Shown here in pieces: positions 48,941 through 59,584 of a DNA stretch of 64,000 nucleotides. Source of the DNA: an uncultured Actinomycetota bacterium (GTDB lineage: Bacteria; Actinomycetota; Humimicrobiia; Humimicrobiales; Humimicrobiaceae). The notes below the pieces were generated by a model. That model searched no databases, had not been told where the DNA came from, and worked only from the letters and a program-made list of their open reading frames with translations. A program made the translations under genes and the position numbers. How positions within the stretch are numbered: the stretch's first letter is position 1; every line of letters begins with the position of its first letter. The DNA is taken from positions 21,815-85,814 of the forward strand of contig CAZLOE010000002.1 in assembly GCA_964561115.1 (NCBI GenBank). The letters are read 5' to 3'.

Positions 48941-50761
48941 GTGGATAAAGATATTAAAATACTGATAATTGAAAAATCAAAAAGTAAAGCTTCAGCTCTG
49001 ATAAATGCAATAAAAAGCAAGGGCTATGAACCGGAATATAAGATTGTAAGCAGTTCTAAAAGTGCGGCCAGGTCTGTGAGTAAAGAAAAATGGGATGTAG
49101 TATTAACTGATTATAAACTTTCCGATGATAATCTTGCAGACGCCATAGAAATAGTAAAAAAAAGCAATCCGGATATCCCTTTTATTGTTATTTCGGATTC
49201 AGTCGGTGAGGAAAATGCAGTGTCTTTTATTAAAAAAGGTGCTAACAATTATATCACAAGAAATAATCTTTCTAACCTGATTCCGCTTATAAAGGAGGAA
49301 ATCCAAAACGCGAAACAAAAAATGAAGCAGGAAGAAGCCTTAAGGAAACTAAAAGAAAAGGAAAGATATTTTAAATCTCTTATTGAGAATATCCCCGATA
49401 TAGTATTTAGATACAGGTTGATCCCTAAACAAGGGTACGAGTACATCAGCCCTTCGGTAAAAAGAAATCTGGGTTACACTCCCGAACAGTTTTATGACGA
49501 CCCGAAGTTCATATACAAGATTATTCATATGGAAGACAGAAATATATTTAAAAAGGTGCTTGACGGCAGTTTTAAATATTCAAAACCAGTAGAGATCAGA
49601 TATACTCATAAAAACGGCAGGGCAATATGGCATGAAGGACTAATAACACCGTTTTTTAGCCATAAAGGAAAACTGGTTGCTATAGAAGGGATAATGCGTG
49701 ATATATCAGGAAGGAAAAAGACAGAAGAGCGCCTGTCCTATATGTCTTTTCATGACCGACTTACCGATTTGTATAATAGGGCATATTTTGAAGAAGAATT
49801 AAAAAGGCTTGATACCCGGAGGCAACTGCCGCTAAGCGTAATTATCGGTGATGTCAATGGACTAAAGCTGATAAATGATGCATTTGGGCATAAGGAAGGA
49901 GACAAAATCCTTAAAGGCTGTGCAGAAGTCCTTAAAAAATGCTGTAGAGCCGAAGATATAGTCGCCAGGTGGGGAGGAGACGAATTCTCCATACTTCTTC
50001 CAAAGACCGATGAAGATGTATTATCAGAGATCATAAAGAGGGTAAAGTATAAAAGCACTAAGACCAAAAAAAGCAAAATACCCTTAAGCATATCCCTGGG
50101 AATGTCGACTAAGAACAAAAATTACCAGGATTTTTCTAAGGTGATCAAAAAAGCAGAAGACAATATGTACAGGCACAAGCTGGTTGATTCCAAGAGTATC
50201 ATAAGTTCGATAATATCATCGCTTGAGAAAATATTGTTTGAGAAGAGTGTCAAGACTGAAAGACACACCGAAAAAGTAAAAGAAATGTCTCTAAAGCTGG
50301 CAAAATCCATAAAACTGTCAAAAATCAAAATTGAGGAGCTTTCACTTCTGGCGGCTATTTATGATATAGGAAAAGTGGCTATACTCGATATAATATTAAA
50401 CAAGAAGGAGAACTTGAGCAAAAGAGAATGGGAAACCATAAAACGCCATCCTGAAATAGGATATCGAATCGCACTTGCCTCCCATCAGCTCTCCAGCATT
50501 GCTGAATATATTTTAACTTCTCATGAGTGGTGGAACGGCAGCGGTTATCCTCAGGGATTAAAGGGGGAAGAAATACCTATTCTCTCAAGGATAATCACCA
50601 TAGTCGATGCTTATGAAGCTATGGTAACAGGAAGACCGTATAAAAAGGCTATTAGTAAAAACGCAGCTATAAAAGAGCTGGAGAAATGCAGCGGTACCCA
50701 GTTTGAACCAAGACTGGTAGATAAATTCATCAAGATATTAAAGAGAAATAAAAAATATTAA
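48941..50761 (+). CDS. Response regulator with REC, PAS, GGDEF (diguanylate cyclase) and HD-GYP (c-di-GMP phosphodiesterase) domains
   Basis: REC Asp (VVLTDYKL). PAS region. GGDEF (RWGGDEF). HD-GYP (HTEKV...HPEIGYRIA...GSGYPQGL). GTG start. Confidence 0.8.
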   Translation: MDKDIKILIIEKSKSKASALINAIKSKGYEPEYKIVSSSKSAARSVSKEKWDVVLTDYKLSDDNLADAIEIVKKSNPDIPFIVISDSVGEENAVSFIKKGANNYITRNNLSNLIPLIKEEIQNAKQKMKQEEALRKLKEKERYFKSLIENIPDIVFRYRLIPKQGYEYISPSVKRNLGYTPEQFYDDPKFIYKIIHMEDRNIFKKVLDGSFKYSKPVEIRYTHKNGRAIWHEGLITPFFSHKGKLVAIEGIMRDISGRKKTEERLSYMSFHDRLTDLYNRAYFEEELKRLDTRRQLPLSVIIGDVNGLKLINDAFGHKEGDKILKGCAEVLKKCCRAEDIVARWGGDEFSILLPKTDEDVLSEIIKRVKYKSTKTKKSKIPLSISLGMSTKNKNYQDFSKVIKKAEDNMYRHKLVDSKSIISSIISSLEKILFEKSVKTERHTEKVKEMSLKLAKSIKLSKIKIEELSLLAAIYDIGKVAILDIILNKKENLSKREWETIKRHPEIGYRIALASHQLSSIAEYILTSHEWWNGSGYPQGLKGEEIPILSRIITIVDAYEAMVTGRPYKKAISKNAAIKELEKCSGTQFEPRLVDKFIKILKRNKKY

Positions 50762-50818
50762 ATTAGATTTACTTTTTTAAAGCTATGCCTGGACTTAAAA
50801 GTAGAAGTTAGCTCTTTA

Positions 50819-51664
50819 ATGAAGAAGGTAACAGAAAATAAAAATCCAAATAAAAAATACCTTACAGAAACAGGCTTTTTTAAAAACGGGCTCCCGTTTA
50901 CAAGGGTCGGCAATAAAAAAAATATTATAGTTGATATTGAAGCTTTGTCTTTCAAACACGAACCGGCTTCCGGTTTTATGTTAAGAAATTTTATAAAATC
51001 ACACAGGCTGCTTGCAGAAGAATATACCGTATTTCTTATAGGGCGCAGACCAAATTTACCTCAGGATTATTTAATGGATAAGATGGCAGAGGACTATGCA
51101 GAAGTGATCAGGGAAGAATTTAAAAGGCCTGTTGATGTGATGGGTATTTCAACCGGAGGACAGATAGCCCAATATCTGGCGGCTGATCATCCCGATACGA
51201 TCAGAAAACTAGTCATTATCTCTGCTGCATACCGGTTGAGTAAAAGAGGGGTAGAATTGGAGAGGCAGTCTGAAAACTATTTTAAACAGGGAAAATATGG
51301 AAAATCTATGGCTGTTATGATGGACTTTTCCTTGCTGCCTGGATTAAAAAGGAGTATGTTTAAATTTTTTATACAGCTAATCGCAGGGAAGATGATGGGG
51401 GATATAGAATATCCAAATGATTTCCTTGCCGAAGTCAGAGCAGACAGAGAAATGAATTTTATAAACAGGTTAAAGGATATAAAAGCTCCTACCCTTATTA
51501 TGAGCGGAGAATTAGATATTGGTTATACAATAGATGACGTCCGTGCTACTGCTGAAGGGATCCCTGATGCACAATTGATCCTTTACAAGGGATACGGGCA
51601 TAACCTCACTTTTTCTAATATGGAGCAGGTCCAGAAGGATATGCTGAAATTCTTAAGAAAGTAA
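50819..51664 (+). CDS. Alpha/beta hydrolase fold protein
   Basis: GISTGGQIA nucleophile elbow. Confidence 0.5.
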   Translation: MKKVTENKNPNKKYLTETGFFKNGLPFTRVGNKKNIIVDIEALSFKHEPASGFMLRNFIKSHRLLAEEYTVFLIGRRPNLPQDYLMDKMAEDYAEVIREEFKRPVDVMGISTGGQIAQYLAADHPDTIRKLVIISAAYRLSKRGVELERQSENYFKQGKYGKSMAVMMDFSLLPGLKRSMFKFFIQLIAGKMMGDIEYPNDFLAEVRADREMNFINRLKDIKAPTLIMSGELDIGYTIDDVRATAEGIPDAQLILYKGYGHNLTFSNMEQVQKDMLKFLRK

Positions 51665-51963
51665 CATTCAAAGTCATCTATAAGAATACTGTCTGTGCTG
51701 TGTTATATTTATAAAAATCCTCTTATCTTTTTTAGAATGTTGATTTATTGTAAATCCTTTATTTTTAATATAATGAATTAAGTTGAAATTCAGTAAAAAA
51801 TAAATATTTTTATAGAAGCTTTGAACCTTAAAAATCAGGACAAATTCTTTATAAGCTTCGTTATTTATTACGAAACTGTATCAATTATATGGATAGGTAT
51901 ATATTTCATTTATTAAAGGATTGGGAAATTGATATAAACAATCAACTTATAAAGGACTTACTA

Positions 51964-52977
51964 TCAGGGACAGGAATCTCTTAGTATCAGCTTTGGTTCG
52001 ATAACAACTTTTCTTTCAGGTAGTACCTTTTTTTCGATAAGATGGATCAACATGTCAAGTGCCATAGTTCCCATTTTGTATTTTGGTTGTGCTATTGTTG
52101 TAATAGAAGGAGAAAAAGATGAAGAATATTTGATATCGTCAAATCCGATGATTTTAATATCATCCGGTATACCAATATTTTCTGCTCGAGCAGCTTTTAT
52201 AGTTTCTATTGCTAAAGCATCGCTGACTGTTATTATTCCTTCTGGTTTTTCTTTCATATTTAATAGATTGACTGTATTTTTAAAACCATTTTCTATTTCG
52301 TATTTATCCAGAATTATATATTCTTTTTTAATAGCCAGATTGTATTCTCTGAAAGCTTTTTTATAACCTTTAAGTTTTTCAATAGTTGGTATGGAATTTT
52401 CTGGTCCGCCTAAAAATGCTATTTTTCTTAGACCTTTTTTTATCATATGTCTTGTTGCCAAGTATCCAGCTTTTAGCTCATTTATCCGAACAAAAGGAAT
52501 ATCAGCATCTTCAATGGACCCATTTATAAGAACTGCCGGAATATTCTTTTTTGTCAGGTAAATATAGTGTGTATAATCACCGTCTTTATTGCACATTTCA
52601 GTAGAAATAAAAATAATTCCATCTACTCTTTTTTCTATCATTTGATTTACTTGTTTAATTTCCTTCTCAATTGATTCATCAGTATTACTTAGGAAAACTG
52701 TGTAATCATTTAAAAAGGCTTTATCGCTTATACCTTTAGCCATTTCAGGGAAGATAGGATTTATTATGTCAGGAATTAAAAGACCTATAGTCTTGCTGAC
52801 TTTCTTTACAAGATTTCTGGCAAAAAAATCTGGTTGGTAGTCCAGTTCCTTTATAATTGACTGAACCTTTGCTCTTGTTGAGCTCTTAACATGCTTACCA
52901 TTATTTATGACTCTGGATACAGTCCCAATGCCTACACCGGCCTTTTTTGCGACGTCATATATTGAATACCTTTTCAT
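51964..52977 (-). CDS. LacI family transcriptional regulator
   Basis: HTH YSIYDVAKKAGVGIGTVSRVIN and a periplasmic-binding-protein-like effector domain. Divergent from the sugar ABC operon. Confidence 0.85.
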   Translation of the reverse strand: MKRYSIYDVAKKAGVGIGTVSRVINNGKHVKSSTRAKVQSIIKELDYQPDFFARNLVKKVSKTIGLLIPDIINPIFPEMAKGISDKAFLNDYTVFLSNTDESIEKEIKQVNQMIEKRVDGIIFISTEMCNKDGDYTHYIYLTKKNIPAVLINGSIEDADIPFVRINELKAGYLATRHMIKKGLRKIAFLGGPENSIPTIEKLKGYKKAFREYNLAIKKEYIILDKYEIENGFKNTVNLLNMKEKPEGIITVSDALAIETIKAARAENIGIPDDIKIIGFDDIKYSSSFSPSITTIAQPKYKMGTMALDMLIHLIEKKVLPERKVVIEPKLILRDSCP

Positions 52978-53470
52978 AATGTTTAAAATCTCTCCTGTAA
53001 CTATTATATTAAAAATTTAGTTGCAATTGTATTTTTGAGTGCTATAATTAATAAAAAGTGGAAACGCTTCCAATCTCGTCATTTTATCACATTATAAATA
53101 TTAGTCAAAAAAATAATGTAAATTGGAAGCGGTGCCAAAGCTAGTATTAAAAATAAAATAAATATTCGAGTAATATTACTGCTTTTTAAATTGTAATAGA
53201 AAATATCATAAATAAATAGAAAAAAAAATCCATAATAATAAAAATATTTTAATTAATTCTAAACTGAAAGGAGGGGAAGTCAAATATATAAAAAAAATTT
53301 ATTTAAAAGTAGATTCTTTCTAAAAACAAAGAAAGGAGATGGTACCAATGGGAAATAATGAGATTTGCTTAGTAACATTTAAGTTCGGTAGGCTGATGCA
53401 CTAAACAAATCTCAAAAATCATTTTATTAGATTTTACTGATTAAGTAAAATTAGAAAAGGAGTTTTGAAA

Positions 53471-54847
53471 ATGAAAAAATCATTATTGTGGATAGTAGTG
53501 CTGGTATTGAGCATATCGATGGTTGCAGCTTTTTCATTATACGGCTGTAAACCAACAGCAGAAGAAGAAGTAGCCGAAGAAGAAGTAGCAGAAGAAGAAG
53601 TAGCCGAAGAAGAAGTAGCAGAAGAAGAAGTAGCTGTATTGGAACCAGCTACTATCCAATTTATGAATTCCAAGAGTGAGATACAGGTTGCGTTGGAGGA
53701 AGCTGCAGTGACTTTCATGGATGAGTATCCTGGAGTTACAGTGGAAATCATCACTGCACCAGAAGGATCATCTCCATTTGAAAGAATTACAGCCCTGTAT
53801 GCATCAGGTAATGCACCAGCTTTGGCAATGTTGGACGCTGGACAGATAGAATTATTGGAAGAAAAACTTTTAGATCTTTCCAATGAAAAGTGGATAGCTG
53901 ATGCTGCAGTAGGAAACTTGGCTTTTGGTACAATGTCGGATGGAAGTGTAGTGGCCTTTCCTTTTACAGTAGAAGGCTATGCTTTTATCTATAATGGAGC
54001 AGTACTGAGTGCAGCAGATGTTGACCCAACATCCATAAAAACTCTTGATGACTTGACAGCTGCCTTTGCAGCAATAGATGCAACAGGTGTTGCACCAATA
54101 TCTATCTCACCAATGGATTGGTCACTGGGTGCACATTTTCTGACAATATCTTATAGTACACAAGCTACTGATTATCCTGGAGTAGTTGCATGGCTGGCTG
54201 ATCTAGCAGCAGGTAATGTTGATCTGATAACAAACGCTAATTTCAATGGTCTAATGGATACATTTGACCTGATGAAGGAAAATAATCTGGAAATAGATGA
54301 CCCGTTAGCACCAACCTATGAACATGGTCCAGAGGTTCTTGGTCAAGGTCAAGTAGGTTTCTGGTTCATGGGCAACTGGGCATGGCCACAGATCTCCAGC
54401 TTTGATACAGCAAATGGAGATTATGGTTTCGTTCCTGTACCTATCAGTAATAATGCAGATGATTATGGTAATTCTAATATAACAGCTAGTCCTACTAAAT
54501 ATGTAACAGTAGATAAAGAGCAGAACGATGAGGCACAGCAGGCTGCAGCTCTGGAATTCCTCAACTGGTTGGTATATAGTCCATCCGGACAGGATGCATT
54601 GGTTAATCAGATGAGTTGTATTCCAGCTTTCACAAACATTACGATTGCACCAGCAGATCCATTGGCACAGTCAATCCTAAGCTATATGGCAGAGGGTAAT
54701 ATCCAGCCGATGGCATTATCAGTACCTCCGGATCATTGGTCTGTATTGGGCGCATCAATGCAAAAATATCTGAGTGACACGATAGATAGAGCAGAGTTAG
54801 CTGCAGAAATCGAGGCATATTTCGCAAATATAGAAGCAGCAGAATAA
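53471..54847 (+). CDS. ABC transporter sugar-binding lipoprotein (family 1 SBP) with a repetitive acidic linker
   Basis: Lipobox LYGC. An (AEEEV)x5 linker. An SBP_bac_1-like body. ATG at 53471 is preferred over the TTG at 53465 used in the track. Confidence 0.75.
   Translation: MKKSLLWIVVLVLSISMVAAFSLYGCKPTAEEEVAEEEVAEEEVAEEEVAEEEVAVLEPATIQFMNSKSEIQVALEEAAVTFMDEYPGVTVEIITAPEGSSPFERITALYASGNAPALAMLDAGQIELLEEKLLDLSNEKWIADAAVGNLAFGTMSDGSVVAFPFTVEGYAFIYNGAVLSAADVDPTSIKTLDDLTAAFAAIDATGVAPISISPMDWSLGAHFLTISYSTQATDYPGVVAWLADLAAGNVDLITNANFNGLMDTFDLMKENNLEIDDPLAPTYEHGPEVLGQGQVGFWFMGNWAWPQISSFDTANGDYGFVPVPISNNADDYGNSNITASPTKYVTVDKEQNDEAQQAAALEFLNWLVYSPSGQDALVNQMSCIPAFTNITIAPADPLAQSILSYMAEGNIQPMALSVPPDHWSVLGASMQKYLSDTIDRAELAAEIEAYFANIEAAE
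53561..53635 (+). repeat. 15-bp tandem repeat x5 (gaagaagaagtagcM) encoding the (AEEEV)5 linker
   Basis: Five perfect or near-perfect 15-nt units read directly from the sequence. Confidence 0.9.
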
Positions 54848-55445
54848 TTTAATACAAAGATGAGTTATATTGAAATGGATTTATAAAGATACTCATTGAT
54901 GTAACTCTATTATTGAAGAGAATGGATTTTATTGGAGGGTATCTAAGGATATTATTACTTTAAAATCCATTCTCAAATATAAATTGGTAATATTTTTTTA
55001 TTAAAGACTGAATAATAACTCAGAATATTTATTATAATTAAATATGAAATTAAAGCGGTGTATGGGGATGCTTCTTTTCTAGATTCTATTAAAAAGAAGA
55101 TTTAGATTCTTTTACAGTTTTGAAGGATAGCAGACTTTTAAATATTTTATAAGTAAATATATTTAGGACTATTTGTGTAATAACTGTTAAAGGGGGTTTG
55201 CAATAAATAGAGAAAAACGCTTTTTTGATAAACTTAAAGCCTACCTGGTTTTTGGGGGACCACTAACTTTTATATTCTTTACAGTTATTATTTGTTCATT
55301 CATTTTCGGAATATACCTCACATTTACGAATTGGAATGGCATATCCAGTGTTCATAATTTTATCGGCATAAAAAATTATATTACTCTTTTTCATAGCCAG
55401 GCTTTTTGGACATCTTTTACCGTAACACTAAAATATGTTTTAGCA

Positions 55446-56093
55446 ATGGTAATACTAACTAATGTTATCGCTTTTTTCCTGGCTTATGTTCTGACAGGTG
55501 GTATTAAAGGGGATAATTTTTTTAGAGCAGGTTTCTTTTCATCCAATTTAATAGGTGGAATTGTACTGGGAATTATTTGGAATTTTATTTTTTCTACAGT
55601 TTTTGTATATATAGGGAAGAACTTTCTTTCCTTTATTCCTTTTCTTTCTAAATCATGGCTGGGAGACCCAACGAAAGCACTTTGGGCATTAGTAGTTACT
55701 ACAGTCTGGCAATATTCGGGTTATATGATGATAATTTATATTGCCGGGTTTATGAGTGTACCTAAAGAGTTGCTGGAAGCGGCAAGCATTGATGGAGCAG
55801 GTAATTTTGTCAAGTTAAAAAGCATCATACTTCCTTTTATGGTTCCCTCCTTTGTTGTCTGCCTTTTCTTATCTTTCCAAAGAGGTTTTATTGTGTATGA
55901 CATTAATCTTTCGTTGACTCAGGGAGGCCCATTTAAAAGTACCGAGCTTATATCCATGCATGTTTATGAAAAAGCATTTTTAGCCCAGCAGTATGGGATT
56001 GGACAAGCTGAAGCTTTTTTCCTTTTCGTAGTAGTTTTTATTGTAGCAGTTAGCCAGGTTTATTTCGGTAAGAAACTGGAGATGGAAGCATGA
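55446..56093 (+). CDS. ABC sugar permease (MalF/UgpA-type). The annotated start is internal: the reading frame is open from 55167 and encodes the expected N-terminal TM1 region.
   Basis: EAA-loop-containing permease. In-frame upstream codons encode ...REKRFFDKLKAYLVFGGPLTFIFFTVII...NWNGIS..., which is typical of the family. There is no in-frame ATG/GTG/TTG between 55167 and 55446. Confidence 0.65.
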   Translation: MVILTNVIAFFLAYVLTGGIKGDNFFRAGFFSSNLIGGIVLGIIWNFIFSTVFVYIGKNFLSFIPFLSKSWLGDPTKALWALVVTTVWQYSGYMMIIYIAGFMSVPKELLEAASIDGAGNFVKLKSIILPFMVPSFVVCLFLSFQRGFIVYDINLSLTQGGPFKSTELISMHVYEKAFLAQQYGIGQAEAFFLFVVVFIVAVSQVYFGKKLEMEA

Positions 56094-56914
56094 TAAAAAA
56101 AAGGATAAATAATTCTTTAAGATTACTTGTTATTTCTATAGTGTTTATTCTATATATATCACCATTATTGCTTGTTTTAATAAATTCATTTAAGACAACT
56201 AAAGAATTTCTATTAAGCCCTCTTTCGCTGCCTGATAAATTAAATTTTCAAAACTACATTGAGGCATTCAGCAAAATGAATTTTTTGCATAGTTTTACCA
56301 ATACCCTTATTGTTACTATTTTCAGTACTGCGTTCATTGTATTATTTTCTTCTATGACGGCATATATTCTTGTTCGAAGGAGTTGGAGATTCAATAGATA
56401 TATATTTTTTATTATGGTGGGTGCCATGCTTATTCCTTTCCAGGCTATTATGATCCCCATGTTAAGAATATTTGGTTTTATTGGAATGATAAATAATATA
56501 TGGGGATTAATCTACCTGTATATCGGATTTGGAGCTGGTTTAGCCGTTTTCATCTACCATGGATTTATAAAATCTATACCTTTAGAATTAGAGGAAGCTG
56601 CTATGATTGACGGAGCCTCGAGAACTCAGGTATTTTTCCATATAATTTTTCCGCTTTTAAAATCAACAACAATAACTATTGCTGTTTTAGATGTACTTTG
56701 GATATGGAATGACTTTTTACTGCCCAATCTGGTATTGCTGAGGCCATCCAATATGACGTTACCCCTTTCGACCTACCGCTTCTATCTAACTTATACTGTA
56801 GACTACGGGCTTTTAATGGCAGGTCTCGTTATGACAGTTGCCCCTCTTATTCTAATGTATCTCTTCCTCCAGAGATATATTATCAAGGGCATTATACAGG
56901 GTTCGATTAAATGA
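56090..56914 (+). CDS. ABC sugar permease (MalG/UgpE-type)
   Basis: 274 aa with the EAA loop IDGASRTQVFFHIIFPLL. ATGA overlap with the upstream permease gene. Confidence 0.8.
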   Translation: MIKKRINNSLRLLVISIVFILYISPLLLVLINSFKTTKEFLLSPLSLPDKLNFQNYIEAFSKMNFLHSFTNTLIVTIFSTAFIVLFSSMTAYILVRRSWRFNRYIFFIMVGAMLIPFQAIMIPMLRIFGFIGMINNIWGLIYLYIGFGAGLAVFIYHGFIKSIPLELEEAAMIDGASRTQVFFHIIFPLLKSTTITIAVLDVLWIWNDFLLPNLVLLRPSNMTLPLSTYRFYLTYTVDYGLLMAGLVMTVAPLILMYLFLQRYIIKGIIQGSIK

Positions 56915-56971
56915 TTGATCAGTTTATAAAATGCATCTTAAACATATTCGAGAAACAAGGAGTTAATAAAC

Positions 56972-58429
56972 GTGGCAATAAAGAATGAAATAGTACTTAT
57001 TACTTACGCTGACAGTATGGGAAAGAACATTAAAGAGTTAAGCGACATACTAGAAACCCATTTTAAGGGGATTATAGGAGGAATTCACATTCTTCCATTT
57101 TTTCCTTCAACGGCCGATAGGGGATTTGCACCATTAAGCTACAAGGAAGTAGATAAAAAATTTGGTACATGGGAGGATATCAAAAATCTTAGTAGGGAAT
57201 TCTATTTAATATACGACTTTATGATTAATCACATATCAACAAGCTCTGAATATTTTAAAGATTTTATCAAGAATAAAGACCAATCGCTTTATGCTGATAT
57301 GTTTATCAGGTACAAGAATTTTTGGCCGGACGGTGAACCAAGTAAAGAGGAAATTGAACTTATTTATAAAAGGAAGCCCAAGGCACCATATGTAGTCGTA
57401 GAATTTGAGGATGGAACTACTGAAAAAATTTGGAGTACCTTTGGCGATGAGCAAGTTGATCTAAATATAAAGGCTGATGTAACAAAGACCTTTATTAAAG
57501 AATCTTTGATATATCTTGCTGGTAAAGCTGCTTCCATTATCCGGCTTGATGCTTTAGCCTATACTATAAAAAAAAGATGGACCAACTGTTTTTTCATAGA
57601 GCCTGATATATGGGAACTTTTAGATTATATACAAACTATCTTAAAAGATTATGATGTAGAAATACTTCCAGAGACACATGAACATTATTCAATTCAAATG
57701 AAACTAGCAGAAAGGGGTTATTGGGTATACGATTTTGCACTACCCATGTTGTTATTGCATACATTATATAGTGGTTCAAAAAAACGACTTATCAGCTGGC
57801 TTAAACAATGTCCCAGAAAGCAATTTACCACTCTTGATACTCATGATGGTATCGGCGTTGTAGATGTCTACGACTTGTTATCAGATGAGGAAATTGAGCA
57901 AATAAAAGAACATATATTTTCAAGAGAAGTCGATGTAAAAATGTTATATAAATTAAAAATGACTTATAAAAGTTCTGGTGTGTACCAAATCAACTGTACT
58001 TATTATTCAGCTCTGGGAAATAATGATGATGCCTATCTACTGGCAAGAGCTATACAGTTTTTTACTCCTGGAATTCCTCAGGTCTATTATGTAGGATTAT
58101 TGGCTGGTGAGAATGACATCGAATTTCTTAAGACCTCTAAGGAAGGGAGAAGTATCAACCGTCATTATTATACACGAGAGGAGATTGAAGAAAATCTCCA
58201 AAGACCTGTTTTAAAAAAAATATTTAACTTGATGAAGTTTCGTAATACGTACCCCGTATTTGATGGGGATTTTAAAGTACTTGAGAGTGATGAAGATTTT
58301 CTTTTAACAATCCTGTGGAAGAAGGGTAGGTATGAGGCGAAAATTCAGGCAAACTTGAGAACATATCGATTTAGCATTACTTATTTTGATCCGGAGGTGA
58401 AAAAACATGTTGAACTTGCTGGTATCTGA
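56972..58429 (+). CDS. GH13_18 sucrose-phosphorylase-family glycoside phosphorylase
   Basis: 485 aa with the ITYADSMG N-terminus, ILPFFPSTADRGFAP and a catalytic IRLDA block. GTG start. Confidence 0.75.
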   Translation: MAIKNEIVLITYADSMGKNIKELSDILETHFKGIIGGIHILPFFPSTADRGFAPLSYKEVDKKFGTWEDIKNLSREFYLIYDFMINHISTSSEYFKDFIKNKDQSLYADMFIRYKNFWPDGEPSKEEIELIYKRKPKAPYVVVEFEDGTTEKIWSTFGDEQVDLNIKADVTKTFIKESLIYLAGKAASIIRLDALAYTIKKRWTNCFFIEPDIWELLDYIQTILKDYDVEILPETHEHYSIQMKLAERGYWVYDFALPMLLLHTLYSGSKKRLISWLKQCPRKQFTTLDTHDGIGVVDVYDLLSDEEIEQIKEHIFSREVDVKMLYKLKMTYKSSGVYQINCTYYSALGNNDDAYLLARAIQFFTPGIPQVYYVGLLAGENDIEFLKTSKEGRSINRHYYTREEIEENLQRPVLKKIFNLMKFRNTYPVFDGDFKVLESDEDFLLTILWKKGRYEAKIQANLRTYRFSITYFDPEVKKHVELAGI

Positions 58430-58554
58430 CGAGATTCATTTTTTAAAGTGAAATATATTGGTTGATATATAACACGTAGGCCTGTTGTATATAACTTTTT
58501 GCTTTTAAGTCTAATATATAAATTGTATTTTTATAAAAAAGGAGAGCTTAGACT

Positions 58555-59508
58555 ATGGATATAAAGGATATGGATCCCAAATTTAAAAAGTATTTAAAGG
58601 AAGTTAAACTAAAACAAAAATCGGCATTTTCTATATCAGATATTGAAAAGGCAAGAATTCTAGCTGATGAGATAACATGTTCTGAGATAAGTCAACCGGA
58701 GAAAGTTTTTGATTTAACAGATATTGTTATCAGAGGCTATAGAAGCGATATAACTCTTCGTTTATATAAGCCAGAGAGAAAACCACCTTTACCCATTTTA
58801 TTGTTTTTTCATGGAGGTGGTTGGGTTTTTGGAAATCTTAAGAATTATGAAAGTTTTTGTACCCAGATTGTCAATCTTTCATCAAGTGCTGTTGTTTCAG
58901 TTGATTATAACTTAGCCCCTGAGCATAAATTTCCGGAGCCTGTCGAAGACTGCTACTCTGCTTTAATATGGATACTGGAAAATGGTAGTAAATATGGCTT
59001 GGATCCGTCACGTCTAATAATATGTGGTGATAGTGCGGGGGGCAATATTTCTGCTGCTATTACACTTATGGCAAGGGATAGAGGCATTTCATCCATTGGG
59101 TATCAGGTTCTTATATATCCAGCAGTTGATCTTTCAAGTTTTGACTATGAATCCTTTAAATTATTCGGAACCGGTAATTTGCTTGACACAAAAGATATGC
59201 CTTTGGCAATTGAGAGATATCTTAATAGTAAAGATGAGCGTTTCAATCCTTGCGTATCTCCAATTCTGGCAAAAGACTTCTCCAATCTTCCCCCTGCTTA
59301 TGTAATTACTGCAGGATACGATGTATTAAGAGATGAAGGGCACGCATACGCGTTGAAGCTGGTAAAGGCAGGAGTGCCAGTAGCTATAAGATGCTATAAA
59401 GAGTTCATGCATGGATTTTTTACAATGGATGCAATATCGGATGCAGTACGGCCTGCTATTGTTGAAACAGCAGAATTCTTAAAGAAAGTATTTAATGAGA
59501 TGGTATAA
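58555..59508 (+). CDS. Esterase/lipase of the hormone-sensitive-lipase (Aes-like) family
   Basis: HGGGW oxyanion motif and GDSAGG nucleophile. Confidence 0.75.
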   Translation: MDIKDMDPKFKKYLKEVKLKQKSAFSISDIEKARILADEITCSEISQPEKVFDLTDIVIRGYRSDITLRLYKPERKPPLPILLFFHGGGWVFGNLKNYESFCTQIVNLSSSAVVSVDYNLAPEHKFPEPVEDCYSALIWILENGSKYGLDPSRLIICGDSAGGNISAAITLMARDRGISSIGYQVLIYPAVDLSSFDYESFKLFGTGNLLDTKDMPLAIERYLNSKDERFNPCVSPILAKDFSNLPPAYVITAGYDVLRDEGHAYALKLVKAGVPVAIRCYKEFMHGFFTMDAISDAVRPAIVETAEFLKKVFNEMV

Positions 59509-59584
59509 GGTTTTTTAATTTAATAGAGATTTTATTATTGTTCAAGATAAATAGTTAAGAGGAGGGGTTGTAATCAATAGTAGT

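Noticed and set aside
53434-53883. 149-aa minus-strand ORF with SSATSSS repeats
   Set aside because: It is the antisense mirror of the 15-bp tandem repeat inside the substrate-binding protein gene. It has no RBS and no independent support.
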